Origin: Oopsacas minuta
Lineage: Eukaryota > Animalia > Porifera
Length of the DNA stretch: 64,000 nucleotides
NCBI GenBank assembly: GCA_024704765.1
Contig: JAKMXF010000312.1
Span: 186,001-250,000, forward strand
Direction of reading: 5' to 3'
Part shown: piece by piece, positions 35,701-47,700 of the stretch
Numbering within the stretch: position 1 is the first letter of the stretch
How the letters are laid out: each line of letters opens with the position of its first letter
Translations under genes and position numbers: made by a program
The notes under the pieces: model-generated
Databases searched by the model: none
Told to the model about the DNA's origin: nothing
Seen by the model: the letters and a program-made list of their open reading frames with translations, nothing else

Positions 35701-38700
35701 TTATATTGGATACAGAAGGATTAGATGCCATTGAGAGAGGAAATATTAAGGACACATCTTTAATTCATTTCGATAGGACAATGGTTTTATTCTGTCTGGC
35801 AGTCTCACAAGTTGTGATTATTAATGTAAGAGGAGATATAGGTGTAGAAATGCAGAATCTTTTACAGATTTGCGCTTATTCTCTAAACAAACTGAAAGTA
35901 AGGAAAGTAACCGCACCCCAGATATTCTTTGTTCTTAATCAACAAGCTGATCCCGATCCAGACAAACATCTCGACTCAATAAACATTTTGATGGAAAAAT
36001 TAAATAGAGAATCCAATTTAATTGATACCGAAAGGGCTAAGATGTCAGATTTAATACACATCTCAAGAGAGAATCTGTTTGTTCTTCCTTCAGCGTTCAA
36101 CTCAGAACAAATCAATAAACCAGGTTTGAATCTTTTTGATTCAAAAATAATCAAACTCTCTCCAACTATTACTTTTGCTGATAAATGTGCAGATTTACGT
36201 TTTGCAATCATTAAACAGCTGTACAGCATGTCCTTGGATAAAAGAACCCCTTTCCAAACGATGAGTGAATGGATGAAAATGTCTGGCACGATATGGGACA
36301 CAATTATCAGATATCAAGATATTGTCAAATATAAAAATGTTGAGGAAATGATTTGCAGTAACTTCCTTAAGAATATAATATCTGAATTAATGGACACACA
36401 TATTTACTGTCACAAAGACAAATTTCTTGAAATGACAGAAAACTTTCTGCGAGAATTCAAACAATTGACATTCTTAATAATTCTGATGAAACATTGACAC
36501 AAATCAGGGTCGAGTTTAATGACTTCTTCCAAACACATACAAATCAGTGTTTAATGGAATATTCCAACCGCTGTCAAAATGAAATATCCCTCAAGAAGAT
36601 GAATCATCTTATTGATGAGTCAAAGTTAAATTTATCACGTCACATTTATACGGAGAAGAAAACTTACGATGATAAACTCAAATTCCAAATTTCTGCTGCG
36701 TTAATGGAAAAAAAGCTTTCAGGAAGTATTGGGAAGTTCCAAGAAGCAATCATTAAAAATGTTGATAATTATTTGGAATTCAATGTTGAGCAGCAAACAC
36801 AAGCTTTTGAAGACACTTGGATTCAGTGCTTTGGAGATGAGGACAAAAATGAAGAGGTGTTTGAACGTGATGAAACTTTTAACAATTTACATTCTCTTTT
36901 CATGATGGAGTCTATTAGTATGGAAAAGAGCTCAGAAATACGTGAATATTCTTAGAAACGATTTTCAAATGGATAAAATAATCAATGATGTTAAAGACAT
37001 TATTTTGACAAGATTCTTAGAAGATTCTAGCACATTGAAGGGTATAGAACAGTTCATTTTCCCTTGTAAAGGTAATACTATTCCCATAAAAGATATGACT
37101 CCCTTTCCTGGAAAACAGTCATATGACTATCTTGCTAAGAATTCATTATTCTCAATTGATAATAGTATTTTGTACGTAATGAGAACTAAACCGAAACTGA
37201 AGCTTTACGAATGGGTTCCACTACAATGCAGGCCTCTAATTAAGTATTGTTCTGGTTATTATAATCATGCAGACATTAATTGGATGGAATGGCATGAGGA
37301 TAAGCAAATATTATATTTAGCTGCTGTCTTAAGATCTCCACGCGCTCCCAATAGGAGTACATGGGAAGTATTAATCGAAGACATTTCAAGTCATCTCCAA
37401 TATTGTGTTAGATATGACCCAAATGTTTCTCCAGCAACTATCAAAGAGATAGTTTACTTTCTATGCTCTACAATTAATACTGTTAATCATGAAATAAACT
37501 GTATACAAGCTAAACTGAGTAATGCAGCAGAGAGGACACTTTCAACATTCGCGTTTGCATATGCATTCAAATCTCTCTGGGAAACTAAGACAAATAAAAG
37601 ATTAGAAAATAAACTCAAAACAGAGAAAGAAAAGATTAACTTGCTTCAGTACTTTCTACAAAAAATAGAAATTCGTAAAATGTTCCGTGGAGATTGGGAT
37701 CGCGAGAAAATGAAAAATAGTGATCATGAAATCTCCAGCGTATTCGCTTTAGATTTGTTAGGACGTATAAAGAGAGGGGTACTAACTACAGAACAACCTA
37801 TTATTGAAAATCTCTTCTCTGAGCGAAAAGGTGAACTAACACACAGATCCATATTTCTTTGTGCAAAATCTAGATTATCAAAGAGCTTGAAACACCTGAT
37901 CAGGAGATATTTAGTGAGAATAATTTTGTTGTTCAATATGTTTGTAATCGAAACGAACTGCTAAGAAATATTTTCTTTGAGAAATGGTCAATTGTTGCAG
38001 AAGAACTTTATCAGGAAGTAATTCCAGAAATTTCCAAGAAAATTAAAAAACAGGTACAAGTCATTAAGATGGTTCTCAGTACTTTACTGGATGACCTTGA
38101 ATCTATTAATGCTGGGAGTTCAGAAAATAAAGCGTTCGATTCAGACAGTAATTTCGAGATAGCTGACAAGGTTTCAGTGGGTTCTGAGGTAAAGGTAAAG
38201 GTAAAGGAAAGTCCCTTCAAAGCTATGGTACTGTATTTACGTATGTATCTAGACCCAAATGTTACTCCAGGAAAATTCAGAGATTATTTTACTGAAACAT
38301 TCAAGGTTGATGGTGTAAAAATGAAAAAATCTGATACATACAAATTATGTGATAAGCCGAATAATCCAAACTATATCCTCGATGAAGACATCTTCAAAAA
38401 GTTGGATTATACAAAGATGTTTACCTGTGAAAATATTTTTAACATCTCAGAATATGTCACCAAATTTCTATCCATTTTAGATAGCTTTATATTTGAATTG
38501 ACAAGAGAGGAATTTACTGAACTGGTTCTTCTAATACAACAAAATTTCGAGAGGGATGTTATCGGTTGTCCCAATCAATGTCCTAGTTGCGGTAAGCTCT
38601 GTGAGAGAGAACTGCATCCAAATGATGGCAAATGTCAGATTAAAACTGGTCACCAAATCTGTTCGATGGGTGGTAAGGTTTGGAATGATAAAAACAGAGC

Positions 38701-39634
38701 TGCAGTTTTATACATGTGTGATGATTACAAAGATAATACTAACGTTGTCCTACAGGGAAGAGCTATGACCTGGGGACAGTTTAGGATATTGTGGGAGAAG
38801 GAATGGGACTGGACGATGCCGAACGATAAGAGCTACCTGGACTTACAGGACAATAATCGTGATAATATGATAAAAATATGGAACAAATTCGGGAAGGGAA
38901 TTTTGAATTATTACTCAACCAGAGGAACTCAGATTTTTTTTGTACCCTATGATACATTTCAAGAAACTCTTTCCATCAAATATTACATTTGTTTCGTTAT
39001 TGACGGGACAGTGTCAATGGCTACGGAAATCGGGAAGGCTCGTATTTCTGTTGGACAATTCATGGAGAAATATAAAGAACGTGCTGTTAATTCAGAATTT
39101 AAAATCATTATCTATCGAGATCACTGTGACAAGAAAATTATAGAAAAGTATCCTTTTGGTAACAAGTTCACACCAAAACACGTGGAAATACAGGAATTCC
39201 TTAGTACAGTTAAAGCTATGGGAGGAGGAGACTACCCTGAAGCAGTGTTAGATGGCTTAGCTACTGCAACTAGTCAATGTGACTGGGAAACTAGTCAAGG
39301 AGTGAAAAACATCATAATTCATATATTTGACGCACCCCCACATGGAGATTTTCCAGACCATACATTGCATCACTCTAAAAGCAACCCTAAACATTGTTGT
39401 TGTTGTAATCAAGGTACCCTGTGTCAATTTGATTGGGATAGAGATGTATGGGATAATATTGTGAAGTTTAATATCCAATACAATGGGATAAATACTGGAC
39501 CGAAATTCCCCGAATTCGAAGCTGCGATGAAACGGAAATTAGGAGAACTTTGTGCAGATTTTCAGACTGTTGGACAGGAAGTGGTTAACGAAGCAATTCT
39601 CCAGATTTTTATTCAGAATAAATTGGATTGTTAA
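32716..39634 (+). CDS. Very large inducible GTPase (VLIG/GVIN-URGCP-like) with N-terminal HTH-like repeats and C-terminal VWA domain; ~2306 aa after repairing four frameshifts
   Basis: G1 GPQSSGKSTLLN, G2 GRCTRG, G3 LILDTEG; upstream degenerate G-like box (VSFGLGRAGWNPIGKSHLL); GVIN-type Cys cluster CPNQCPSCGKLC; VWA motifs FVIDGTVSM, YRDHCD, GGGDYPEAVLDGL, HIFDAPPHG. ORF pieces overlap in different frames with no splice signals. Confidence 0.85.
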
Positions 39635-40696
39635 TCTAATTTACCTTTTAGATTTGTACATAGCAAGCTCGTACTTTTGGTCTAGCGTTAGGCTCGTACA
39701 TTTTAGTTCTAGGCTCTAATCTGTTTGTATAACTCTTGTATATTGAATACAGTACTCCCTAACATTGGATTTGGATAATTTGAACATTTTCTTTGTAAAT
39801 TTTGTGTATATATTTACCAGTTTGTATTACATTAGGTTCAATTGGATGTAGGTATACCTGAGTGAAGAGAACTTTGTTTACTTCACCTGGGTATACTGAG
39901 CATCGCTTTAATGGGACATTTATTAGCTATCAAACTTGTAGTATGTAGATCATACTTACCAACCCCTTGTAACTGTTTCCTTTGATATTTTTGGCGAAAG
40001 CCTTGGATTTTCAAAGAGTTCCCTGGAATATACAAATAATATGAATGTTTTCCATCTTTTATAAGAAAATAGATATACCCAATTTTTCGCTTGGATCATG
40101 AAGTCAAATCCCTGGGTGGTTAGCAGCTGGCAAGTAAGGTAGAAAATTAATTCTTTATAGAGATTTAGCAACAAAATATTTGACGTTATTCTAGACAACA
40201 ACTCGGGAAATTTAAAGCGCTCATAGCCAATTATATTATACACCTGTTATCGATGGAGTTAGTTATGTTGTCACTATAACAACTAATCAGTTTCTACAAG
40301 ATTAAATCCTTAGCAAAGTACAACTCCGATTATTCGAACTCTTTAGGACTGATCAAAAGCGTTCGGATAATCGAGTTTGTACTCTATCTAGAAACTATAC
40401 TTGTTATTCGGATCTTCTCTCATGATATCAGAATTTGTGTAAATAGTAAATAACGAAAACAAATAATAAATTCACACAAATAACTTTTTACGTATTTCTT
40501 ACGATTATAAGACTATTGAAATATTAAATTTAGCGGACAAATCTAATTGGCCAAGAAATAGTACATTTCTAAGGGAATAGATTTTATTGGTTGAATAAGT
40601 TATGCAATAATACGCAATGGAATATTTGTTGTTTTCCTGATATTTATATTTTTATTATTATGTTGTTGTTGTTGTTGTTTATTTTAGCTGATAATT

Positions 40697-43171
40697 ATGG
40701 GTGTAAAACATCTATGGGCCATCCTACAGGGTGCAGGAACAAGTATTGATTATGACTCACTACAGGGTCAAGTAATATCTGTAGATATAAACATATGGCT
40801 ACACCAAATTCAATCACATCGTATCGGACAAAACCCCCACGCCTACTTGATTGATCTCTTGAAACGAATATGCAAACTTTTGAATTACGGAATTAAACCA
40901 ATTTTTGTTTTTGACGGGGCTCATCCTAAACTGAAAAGAGACACAATAATTTCGCGAGATTTGAGACGGAAGAATGCTCAGAAACAGCATGACGAGGCTA
41001 AATTTAAACATATCTTAAAAACTATCCATTCACAGTTGTTACAAGGACAGGTTCCATTCATACCCCCCTCAAATTCCAGCGGTCCCTCTGACCTATTTGA
41101 GCTACCAACCTCCTCTACTGTTTTTGAAAATTCTGACGATGAATATCCATATGATGAACTTACTTCAATCGACCAAATTATCCGATTAAACCCCAAATCT
41201 GAAGAGTTTTCAAATCTCCCCTCAGATATACAAGTCAGTATTCTGAAGCTGAAACAAAAAATAAGCATAGCTTCCATATCAAATGACCAAACTGGTATCC
41301 AAGATGATAGCCATAAGCCGGAGGATATTTCTAACAGGCAGATACAGAATCTTTTGGAACGCAGGGAAATTCGGCAGAAAATCGATAGCATAAATAACGA
41401 GCATCGCGAAAAAATAAATTCTTCAATAATTGGAATTGAAACTGACGGGTTTGACGTGCAGTCAGATAAAATAATCAGTCACGACAAGAAACATGTCATA
41501 ATAGTTAAAAATCAAAACTCCACACCTCTTAAAATTTCTAATGAGACAAATAATTACCCTCTTGAGGATAATTCGGCATACACCCCTGTGACGGATCTGG
41601 GTCGCTATTACGATGGTACCGATATCCCTGAACCACAAAACGGAGCTCTAACCCAAGAGATGACTAGTGATACCATGGATGTCATCAATCCATTCCATTT
41701 GGTGAAAGTTTCATTTACAAATGGCACAGAAATATACGCGGAACAGGCGCCAAACGGGGAATTAACCTCTATAACCTCTTATCATAGTCAATCAGGAATT
41801 GATGGAATCAATCCGGGCTGTGTATCCTCCTCTTTTCACACCACAGACGAGTTATCGCCTCCTCTTGAAGGTATCCACTTGGCCCCTAATCTCCACGGTT
41901 CAAAAAGATCCAAAACAGCTAAGGATAATATAATCAAGATGTCAGCTGATTTGGGATTAGTCATACCACCGAAAAGTGCGGTTAAATCTACGGAATGTTT
42001 GTCGCATGTTTCAGATGATGTTTTTCACAATACCCCTTCTTCAACACCTATTGCCAAACGGGTCTGTGTACAAGATACCCCCGCGATGGAGGGTGACACT
42101 AAACTGGAACTATACACTGTTACAGTTCCAAATTCGTTTTCAGAAGAATCAATTCCTCCGACTCCTATATCACCAAGTTATGACACTACAGACCAACTCA
42201 ACCCCTGTCTGGAGCCTCTACCCCCTACACCTTCTAGTGAGGAGTACAGCCCGTCCAATGAGGCCATACAGTCCTCTGAACCTAGCATTCTGATTGGTTC
42301 AGATCCAATTCTAGCCACGAGTTCATCGCTAGAAGATATCCGCCGTGAAATGTCTGAATTGACAAAAGTAGTAACTCGTAACCAGAGAATAATGCAAGGG
42401 ATTAATCGAGAGATACAAGACGCTGTGATGGAGCTTCTCGCTGTATTCGGCATTCCTTACATAGTAGCGCCATTCGAGGCTGAAGCACAGTGTGCTAATC
42501 TGGAACTAAACAAAGTTACAACTGGAACTATAACCGATGACTCAGATATATTTCTTTTCGGGGGCCATACCGTGTACCGGCATTTCTTTAACATGAAGAG
42601 TCGGTTAGGTACAGAGTGCTATTCCATGAATGACATCAATAAGTGCTTGGAGCTGAGGAGAGAGGATTTAATTCGATTAGCGTTCCTCTTAGGGTGTGAT
42701 TATACCGAAGGTGTTAAGGGGATTGGTCCTAAACATGCGATTCCGCTTTTGAAATCTTTCAAATCCGAAGGCCTCCAACCTCTGACTGATATCCTCTCTG
42801 TCGCAGAGACCGCTAAGATGCGGGATCAGCCCCCTTGTGGGGGAGAGGACGGTTTATTGGCACGTGTTGATTTCCCTCGGGGCTTCCCTGATGAGAATGT
42901 GTGGAATGCGTTTTTGAAACCTTTAGTAGATCCAGTTCCAATTGAAGAATTCAAATGGGGAACAATCGAAGTTGATAAATTCGTGAATTTTTCAAAAAAA
43001 TATTTTAATTGGAAAGAGAGTCAAGCAAGAGAACAAATAACACCTGTTATTAGGCGCCAAAGTACTCCCAAACAGGTCCAATTAAAAATCCCCCGTACTA
43101 CCCATAGACCCGTCCCCTCAGCCCCACCTAAAGCTAACTATTCACGCGCCAAATTAAGCGATTCTGATTGA
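40697..43171 (+). CDS. ERCC5: XPG/Rad2 structure-specific endonuclease, intronless, 824 aa
   Basis: N domain MGVKHLW, SVDINIWLHQ, FVFDG; long spacer; I domain PFEAEAQCA, TDDSDIFLFG, LGCDYTEGVKGIG; catalytic acidic residues intact. Confidence 0.93.
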   Translation: MGVKHLWAILQGAGTSIDYDSLQGQVISVDINIWLHQIQSHRIGQNPHAYLIDLLKRICKLLNYGIKPIFVFDGAHPKLKRDTIISRDLRRKNAQKQHDEAKFKHILKTIHSQLLQGQVPFIPPSNSSGPSDLFELPTSSTVFENSDDEYPYDELTSIDQIIRLNPKSEEFSNLPSDIQVSILKLKQKISIASISNDQTGIQDDSHKPEDISNRQIQNLLERREIRQKIDSINNEHREKINSSIIGIETDGFDVQSDKIISHDKKHVIIVKNQNSTPLKISNETNNYPLEDNSAYTPVTDLGRYYDGTDIPEPQNGALTQEMTSDTMDVINPFHLVKVSFTNGTEIYAEQAPNGELTSITSYHSQSGIDGINPGCVSSSFHTTDELSPPLEGIHLAPNLHGSKRSKTAKDNIIKMSADLGLVIPPKSAVKSTECLSHVSDDVFHNTPSSTPIAKRVCVQDTPAMEGDTKLELYTVTVPNSFSEESIPPTPISPSYDTTDQLNPCLEPLPPTPSSEEYSPSNEAIQSSEPSILIGSDPILATSSSLEDIRREMSELTKVVTRNQRIMQGINREIQDAVMELLAVFGIPYIVAPFEAEAQCANLELNKVTTGTITDDSDIFLFGGHTVYRHFFNMKSRLGTECYSMNDINKCLELRREDLIRLAFLLGCDYTEGVKGIGPKHAIPLLKSFKSEGLQPLTDILSVAETAKMRDQPPCGGEDGLLARVDFPRGFPDENVWNAFLKPLVDPVPIEEFKWGTIEVDKFVNFSKKYFNWKESQAREQITPVIRRQSTPKQVQLKIPRTTHRPVPSAPPKANYSRAKLSDSD

Positions 43172-43435
43172 ATTTATCTAAATTTAGTATCATTTGATTG
43201 TTTCGTATATATATTTACACAAATTAGTGTATGCTTGTTTTGAATGAATTGTTTAATCTGCCACTATAATTGTGTCGTGGGGGACATTCAAGGGGTCATT
43301 TTGTGCTCTAGGGGACTGATTGAATATACAGAATACAAACGAACCTCCACAAGCGGTGTAGCCTATTCTGGCTTCCCTGATACTCCGTCTGTGGAGATTA
43401 CACTGTAGTTGTTACTATTTTTAGAAACAGCTCTT

Positions 43436-44499
43436 ATGGCAACAGAACAAGACCTAACTTCAACGAAACCCTCTGTGCATAGAGTTATTTTGCTAGGTGA
43501 TTCAGGAGTTGGTAAGACTTCTATGTTTTATAGAATTAAAGACGGAATCTTCAGAGACGCCGGAGTATCTACCACACAGATAGCAGAGTTTGATAAACAT
43601 TTCAGGAATACACAAGGAGAAGTTACGGTGTGTTAATACGTGTGATATAATCTAAGAACATACATGCCTAACTACCAGAGTTGTTGTCAATTAAATAGCA
43701 GTTTGATTTGTAATATATTCTGCATTATATTTTAATATTTAGGACAGCTGTTCCTGACCCCTTGGTGGTCCATGGAGGACAGCAGGGTGCCTACAGGATC
43801 TATGCAGCCTATGGGAGTGTCCATAGAATGTGTTAGAATTTGTGTAGGGGTCCACGAGGGGAAAATGTGGGAACCGCGAAAGTTAGATTGGACGTGACAG
43901 CTGTCTGGTATACGTAGCTTATTTGTGATATTTATCAAATAAAGATTTTGATAATTCCACTCTTTTGGAGGTGTTACCTACATAACACTCAAAATATGTC
44001 TTGGACAAGTGTCACACCCACGAAACCGACACATTCTAAAGCACAGAACTTATATTTTCCATTTTAGATACAATTCGTGGATACTTGTGGTTTTGAAACT
44101 TATCACAGCTCGATTCCTCCCTCCCTTCTAAGAAATGTTCATGTAGTTCTGTTCATATACGCGTTAGATGATAGTTCTTCCTTCTTACACCTTCAGCATT
44201 GGTATGAAGAGACGTTCGAAGTGGTTCCCGAGTTCTTAGCTAATAAAATCATAAAATTCATGGTAGGAAATAAATCAGACTTACCGCGTAGAGTTAAAAA
44301 GGATCAGGTCACTGATAATTGCAGTAACAGATATGGAGTAATCGAAGAAAATATCTTTGAAGTTTCGGCGAAAGAAGGAACGAATATCGATGAACTTTGT
44401 AACAAAATTTCAGAATGTTTTGCCCCTCAAAAACGAACGCCAAAACCGAAACCAAAGCTCCCTAACGAAACTCGTGTACCAACATGCAGGTGTAGTTAA
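43436..44499 (+). CDS. Divergent Rab-like small GTPase (exons 43436-43627 and 44068-44499)
   Basis: G1 GDSGVGKTS, G3 DTCG, G4 GNKSD, G5 EVSAK, C-terminal CRCS prenylation-like motif; phase-0 GT-AG intron. Confidence 0.88.
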
Positions 44500-44756
44500 T
44501 TGACCTTTTTCTTGTATATATTTGGAACAATTTGGATTGCTTTGTGTATACAGATTTGTTTGTTTGTTTGTTTGTTTGTTTAGAAGGTTATATGAGATTT
44601 TCATTTTGTTTAATATGATTGCTCCATTGTCTTTTCAACTTATGGTACGGTGAACCTCATTAATACCAACTGCGGATAAACCAAACAGTTTCGTCCGTCC
44701 GTAGATTCTTTGTTTACAATCACGTGTTTGTTGTTATTTACTTGTTGAGTAGCTGA

Positions 44757-47700
44757 ATGGACGTCCAGTTGTCTGAGGAATTCAGTCAGCTGTTAAGAGA
44801 TGTTCTCTCAGAAGATAACACTGCTAGACAAACAGCTGAAGAGAAAATTCAATTAATTCCACCTCAAGCACAAATATTACTACATCTGAATACAATATGT
44901 ACAAACATGGTAAATATATTGTTTATTGCTTATTGTTGTTTGTTTATTTATTTATATTTAGGCGCCAGAAATTCGTCAGATGTCCTGTGTACTACTCCGA
45001 CAGCTGATTGTCTCACAAGGTGACAAGCTGGCTCAAGAGCAACCGGAGTCTCTTGAGCCTTGTAAACTCCAACTCTTGCAGATATTACAATCAGAATCTG
45101 TGCCTGTAGTCAGAAGGAAGGTATGTGATGCAGTAGCCGAGCTAGCAAGACTATTTATTGATGAGAATGATGTTAATCACTGGCCAGAAGTGCTTCAGTT
45201 CTTGTTCCAGTCTTCAACAGCTGAGGTTATACAGTGTAACTTCCTTTAACGGGGACCTTCTGGAAACCGAGTGAAAATACGTAGAGGGAATTCCTAACCT
45301 CCACAAAAGTGGTTCCACCAGGGACACCGATAAATGCTACCCCGTTAGTGGAGATTCAATTGCAGTGGACTAAGAATTCGCTTTCATTATTTTCACTCCG
45401 TTTCCACAGACCCTTTTGTTTGAGGTTACACTGTATCCTGATATAATGTATCTTGTAGGTAGCATCACTCCGTGAGAATGCCTTACACATAATCAAGGTA
45501 TTTCCATTAGTATTTGGAGATAAGCTACAATACTATACAACTATAGCTCGTCAGCTGTTTTGGCAAACACTCAACGATAGTGAACCACAAGTACAGCAAG
45601 CTGCTGTGATGGCAGTTTGTAGTTTCATAGAGAATTTGACTGGGAAAACTTGGAAACCATTCCAAGAGCTTCTGCCTGCCATGCTGCTAATTATTGAGCG
45701 GGCGATTGTGTCACAAGACGACACAGCTCTACTCAAGGTAATTCAATCTGATAAGTCTAACTTTAATCACCAAAAAGGTGTGCATAGTACATAACAGTCC
45801 TTGACAACATAACTGGGTACATAAGTATTTCCCTATATAGTCATTTATCGAGATGTGTGAGACATCCTCTCTCTTCATTAAGCCACATTTCAACGGGGTA
45901 TTAGAGCTAATGATTAAGAGTATCAGTAGTACAGAGCTTACAGATTCCTTCCGTCAATTAGCACTGGAGGTTACTATCACTTTATCAGAGTCTATCCCAG
46001 CTCTAATGAGGAAGCAGACTAAGTTTATGGAGAGATTAGTACAGATATTGTTACAGATGATGGTAGAAGTATGTTGTTTATTTGTTTGTTTGTTTGTGGA
46101 CCCTCAATACCAAATTATACCAACCCCGATAATTACCTGATGCATTCCAAAAGATGCAAAAATTTCCTTAGTGAGTGTTTGACATTGTGAAATACTGATT
46201 ATGCATATTTCTAACAGGTGGAAGAAGATGAGGATTGGGAGTCACAAGATTGCGTAGAAGAGGAAGACACTACCTGTAATGCAGTAGTAGCAGAGACTAG
46301 TCTAGACCGTATGGCCTGTGCTCTGGGGGGTCGTACCCTACTACCCCATATCCTATCTAATGTCCCTCAAATGCTCTCTCATGAATCATGGCAGTATAGG
46401 CAAGCTGCACTTAATGTATTAGCTGCTACGGCTGAAGGGTGTCAGAAGCATATGCTACCTCTGTTAGATCAGGTTTGTGTGTTGTATATATTACAATAGT
46501 ATTCACATGTGTTTGTGTATTTGCTCTTACTTGTTTGCTTGTTTGTTTGTTTGCTTTTTTGTTTGTATGGTTGTATATTTGCCAGAGTATTCGCATGTTT
46601 GTTTGTTTGTATATTTGTATGTTGACCATAGTATTTGCTGATATTTGTTTGTCAAAAAGCCTCTACTTGTTTGTTTATTTATTTATTGGCTTGTTTACTT
46701 CCTGTCCCTTCAGGTAGTAACCTGTGTTCTCCCATTACTACAAGACTCACACCCTAGAGTAAGATATTCAGCCTGCAATTGTATTGGTCAATTATCCTCA
46801 GATTTCCCAGAGAAATTCCAATCCTCCCATCACATCACCGTGGTACCAGCTCTAATAACAGTCCTCAATGATAGCTCACAGCCCCGTGTCCAAGCGCACT
46901 GTGCAGCAGCTCTCACTCTCTTTTGTGAGGACTGTCCCCAAGAGGTGTTGGCCCCCTATTTGGTACCAATTGTCGAAATATTGTCCTCAGTTATGGCGGC
47001 TAAATTACAAGTAAGAACTTTCCTTATAATTAAGGAAATAAATAACCAGATACATTCATAGTAACGCTAATACCTTAAAGGAATGTTTGATGTGTGTAGT
47101 TAAAGGAAATATTCTATAGGAGCTGGTCACACTTCAAAGAAAAATAGTGTTGGAAGGTGTTCTAACAGCCTTGGCAGCTGTCGCAGAATCAGTTGAAGAA
47201 ATGTTTATGCCATATTACGACCAATTCATGCCGAGTCTCAAGTTTATTGTACAGAATGCTACATCTAGAGACCTCAGGCTGTTGAGAGGAAAAGCTATTG
47301 AATGTATCAGTCTCGTAGGATTAGCTGTTGGGAAGGAAAAGTTCATGCAAGATGCTTCAGAAATAATGGCGATACTTCTGAAGGTAACTAACCAAATACT
47401 GCTGAATTAATGAAACAATCAGTTTACAACTTTTATGTTACTATAAATAGGCACAAACAGAACAGGATGAATACGAACCAGATGATCCCCAGATATCATA
47501 CATGATGAGTTCATGGGCTCGTATGTGTAAACTCCTACAACAAGATTTTGTTAAATTCCTTCCCGTTGTCATGAACCCTTTAATTAAGGCAGCGAGCCAT
47601 TCTCCAGAGCTAGCTCTAATCCCTAGTACAGAGGAAACACTTGATGACGATGATGAGGATGGGTGGGAGTTCATAACTCTGTCTGATAAACAGAAATTTG

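Noticed and set aside
40079-40126. In-frame TGA in the cryptic minus-strand unit read as selenocysteine
   Set aside because: No SECIS-like ATGA/AA/GA hairpin downstream, no CxxU-type context and no start exon.
33059-42453. Numerous 60-140-aa antisense ORFs opposite VLIG, XPG and other genes
   Set aside because: Shadow frames of long coding sequences.
8691-43171. Horizontal transfer or bacterial contamination suggested by long intronless ORFs (laccase, VLIG, XPG, TMEM115)
   Set aside because: The proteins are eukaryote/metazoan-type, the composition matches neighbouring genes, they are interleaved with intron-rich genes, and several have 5' splice signals.
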